Source: Octopus sinensis
Lineage: Eukaryota
NCBI RefSeq assembly: GCF_006345805.1
Contig: NC_042999.1
Coordinates: 113,584,001-113,648,000 of the forward strand
Length of the DNA: 64,000 nt
Direction of reading: 5' to 3'
Each line of letters begins with the position of its first letter. The stretch's first letter is position 1. Below the pieces are notes generated by a model that did no database searches, was not told where the DNA came from, and saw only the letters and a list, made by a program, of their open reading frames with translations. Made by a program: the position numbers and the translations under genes. Of this stretch, positions 61,910-64,000 are shown piece after piece.

Positions 61910-62420
61910 CATCGTTTAACGTCCGCTTTCCATAGTAGCATGGGTTGGCCGATTTTGACTGAGGGCTGGTGAACCAGATGGCTGCATCAGGCTCCAATCT
62001 TGATCTGGCAGAGTTTCTACAGCTTGATGCCCTTCCTAACGCCAACCACTCTGAGTGTGTAGTGGGTGCTTTTTACGTGCCACCAGCACAGGGGCCAATC
62101 AGGTGGTGCTGGCAACGACCTCGCTTGAATCTTTTTACACATGCCACCAGCACAGGTGCCAGTAAGGCGATGTTGGTAACGATCATGCTCGGATGGTGCC
62201 CTTTTATGTGCCACTGGCACAGAAGCCAGTAGGCTGCTCTGGCAACGATCATGCTCGGATGGTGCTCTTGGCACCCTACTAGCACAGGCACAAGTGCCAG
62301 TAAGGCGACGCTGGTAACGATCACGCTCGAGTGCCTTTTAAGTGCCTCTGGCATGGAAGCCGGTTAGCTGCTCTGTCAATGATCACGCTCGTATGGTGCT
62401 CTTTGCATCCTGCTAGCACG
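61910..62420 (-). mobile_element. RTE 3'UTR fragment with about six tandem ~55-60-bp subrepeats
   Basis: Repeated GCCAGT...CTGGCAACGA/CTGGTAACGATCACGCTCG..TGGTGC units. Confidence 0.85.
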
Positions 62421-62754
62421 GACATAGCTGAAAAGGGAAGATGAATCCTAGTGAGAGAAGAGATGTACAGGTGTGAAGCCTATATGACAAGAGTGATCTG
62501 TACGCCTCTGCAGTTTAAATGGTGGTGATGATCCTGAAAAGGAACTTAAGATTGAATACTAATCAGCTGATCCAGTAGATGGAGGCCACATATCAGTGAA
62601 AAGCAGGTGAGCAATGCAGCATAAAACCATTGAGAGGAAGGCTCCAAAATCATGCATGTTCTCTCCTGATGACTCCTAAAACCTACTGATGTTCAGTATG
62701 CAGGACTTTTGATTGACAGCACTCACACAAACAAGCTGTTTCCAAGTCTCTATG

Positions 62755-62782
62755 CATGTACATATATGTGTGCATGTGTATG

Positions 62783-62813
<31 letters not shown>

Positions 62814-62850
62814 TATATATATATATACATATACATATATACATATACAC

Positions 62851-62897
<47 letters not shown>

Positions 62898-62950
62898 CAT
62901 TATATATATATATATACATATATATAATATATACATATATACATATACAC

Positions 62951-62981
<31 letters not shown>

Positions 62982-63145
62982 ATATATATATATATATATA
63001 CATATATACATATACACATATATATATATACATATATATATATATTATATATATATATATATATATACATATATAATATATATACATATAATATATATAT
63101 ATACATATATATATATATACATATATATATATATTATATACATAT
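62755..63145. repeat. (TA)/(TACA) compound microsatellite
   Basis: Directly visible. Confidence 0.95.
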
Positions 63146-63149
63146 TCTC

Positions 63150-63720
63150 AAATGTCCAAGAGGATCTTTCAAGATAGTAGACAACTTATTACATTGGTGA
63201 TCTAATCTAATTAGCAAGTCTCAAAATATAGTTATTATAAAACAAACTGGTTGCAGAAAGTTCTGAGAACTATTACCTCTGTCAGTAACAAAAGGCCTTT
63301 CCCTCAAAGTAAAAGGCAAATTGTAAGATGCTTGTATACAAACAGCAGTACTACATAATAGTGAAATATGGGTGGTGAATGCATGTGAAGACAAGGAAAA
63401 AATGAATGCTCCATGCTCCACAAGATGTGTAATGTCCATATGTATGTATGACAAAGAGCAAATGTGTAGAGAGAAAGACTGGACACACAGATGTCTGATA
63501 TAATGTACAAAAGAAAAGACACCTGCATAAAGTGCAGGTCACCAAATGTGGATGGAACTTATGAAAGAGGAAGACTCAAGAAGACATGGATCATATTAGT
63601 GAAGTGGTTGAGCCTCAAAGAGCAGATGACAAAAGGCCATGATGAGGACAATTCATGGTGCTCATGGAGACCTATCCAGCTCAGCAAAAATGAGTCCTAA
63701 AAGCATATTGTTCCTGTTGA
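63150..63720 (+). mobile_element. RTE LINE 3' RT fragment, degenerate
   Basis: ELLPLSVTKGLSLKVKGKL*DACIQTAVLHNSEIW...DGTYERGRLKKTW. Confidence 0.75.
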
Positions 63721-64000
63721 TGCTCTCACACCCAATCGCTATCTGTCAAGAGAGAGAGAGAGAGAGAAGAGATGCAATTTAGATAAAATTAGATTAATTT
63801 TTTGTAGACAAACTTCCAAGAAATGGATGAATAATAAATGCTTAAATAATCTCTATTAGGTGCATATTATAAGTCTTGCTTGATAGGATTCATTGATAAT
63901 GTGTATATCACTTACAATGTATGTACAAACATAGAATGATGCTAGTTGTAAAATTCAATGCTTTACAATATGTAAAACCATTAGATATTTAAAAAATAAA

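Overview
AT-rich, repeat-dense eukaryotic DNA, most consistent with an octopus (coleoid cephalopod) genome, judged from its tRNA-derived SINE families, RTE/CR1/Tx1 LINEs and long (TA)n compound microsatellites. The window is mostly a mosaic of nested transposon remnants. The youngest element is a compact Ty3/Gypsy LTR retrotransposon (26731-30385, minus strand). It has near-identical ~252-bp LTRs, a GGTAT target-site duplication, a GGGAAAC-plus-hairpin -1 frameshift signal and an internal integrase deletion. Its primer-binding position is complementary to the 5' end (nt 1-12) of tRNA-Phe rather than to a tRNA 3' end. Other elements include a CR1/L2-group LINE sharing its 3' tail with a local SINE, several Penelope-like remnants, four hammerhead ribozyme motifs, an RTE fragment with three C2H2 fingers, R4/Dong and Tx1 LINEs, hAT, mariner and pogo remnants, Helitron-like HINEs and two long palindromes. 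No host gene can be identified with confidence. A set of small, well-bounded plus-strand exon candidates at 42-60 kb lies in a CpG-depleted domain and may encode a small secreted Cys-rich protein. All calls are by eye from the sequence and the ORF track; no database searches were run, and element boundaries are approximate unless TIR/TSD sequences are quoted.
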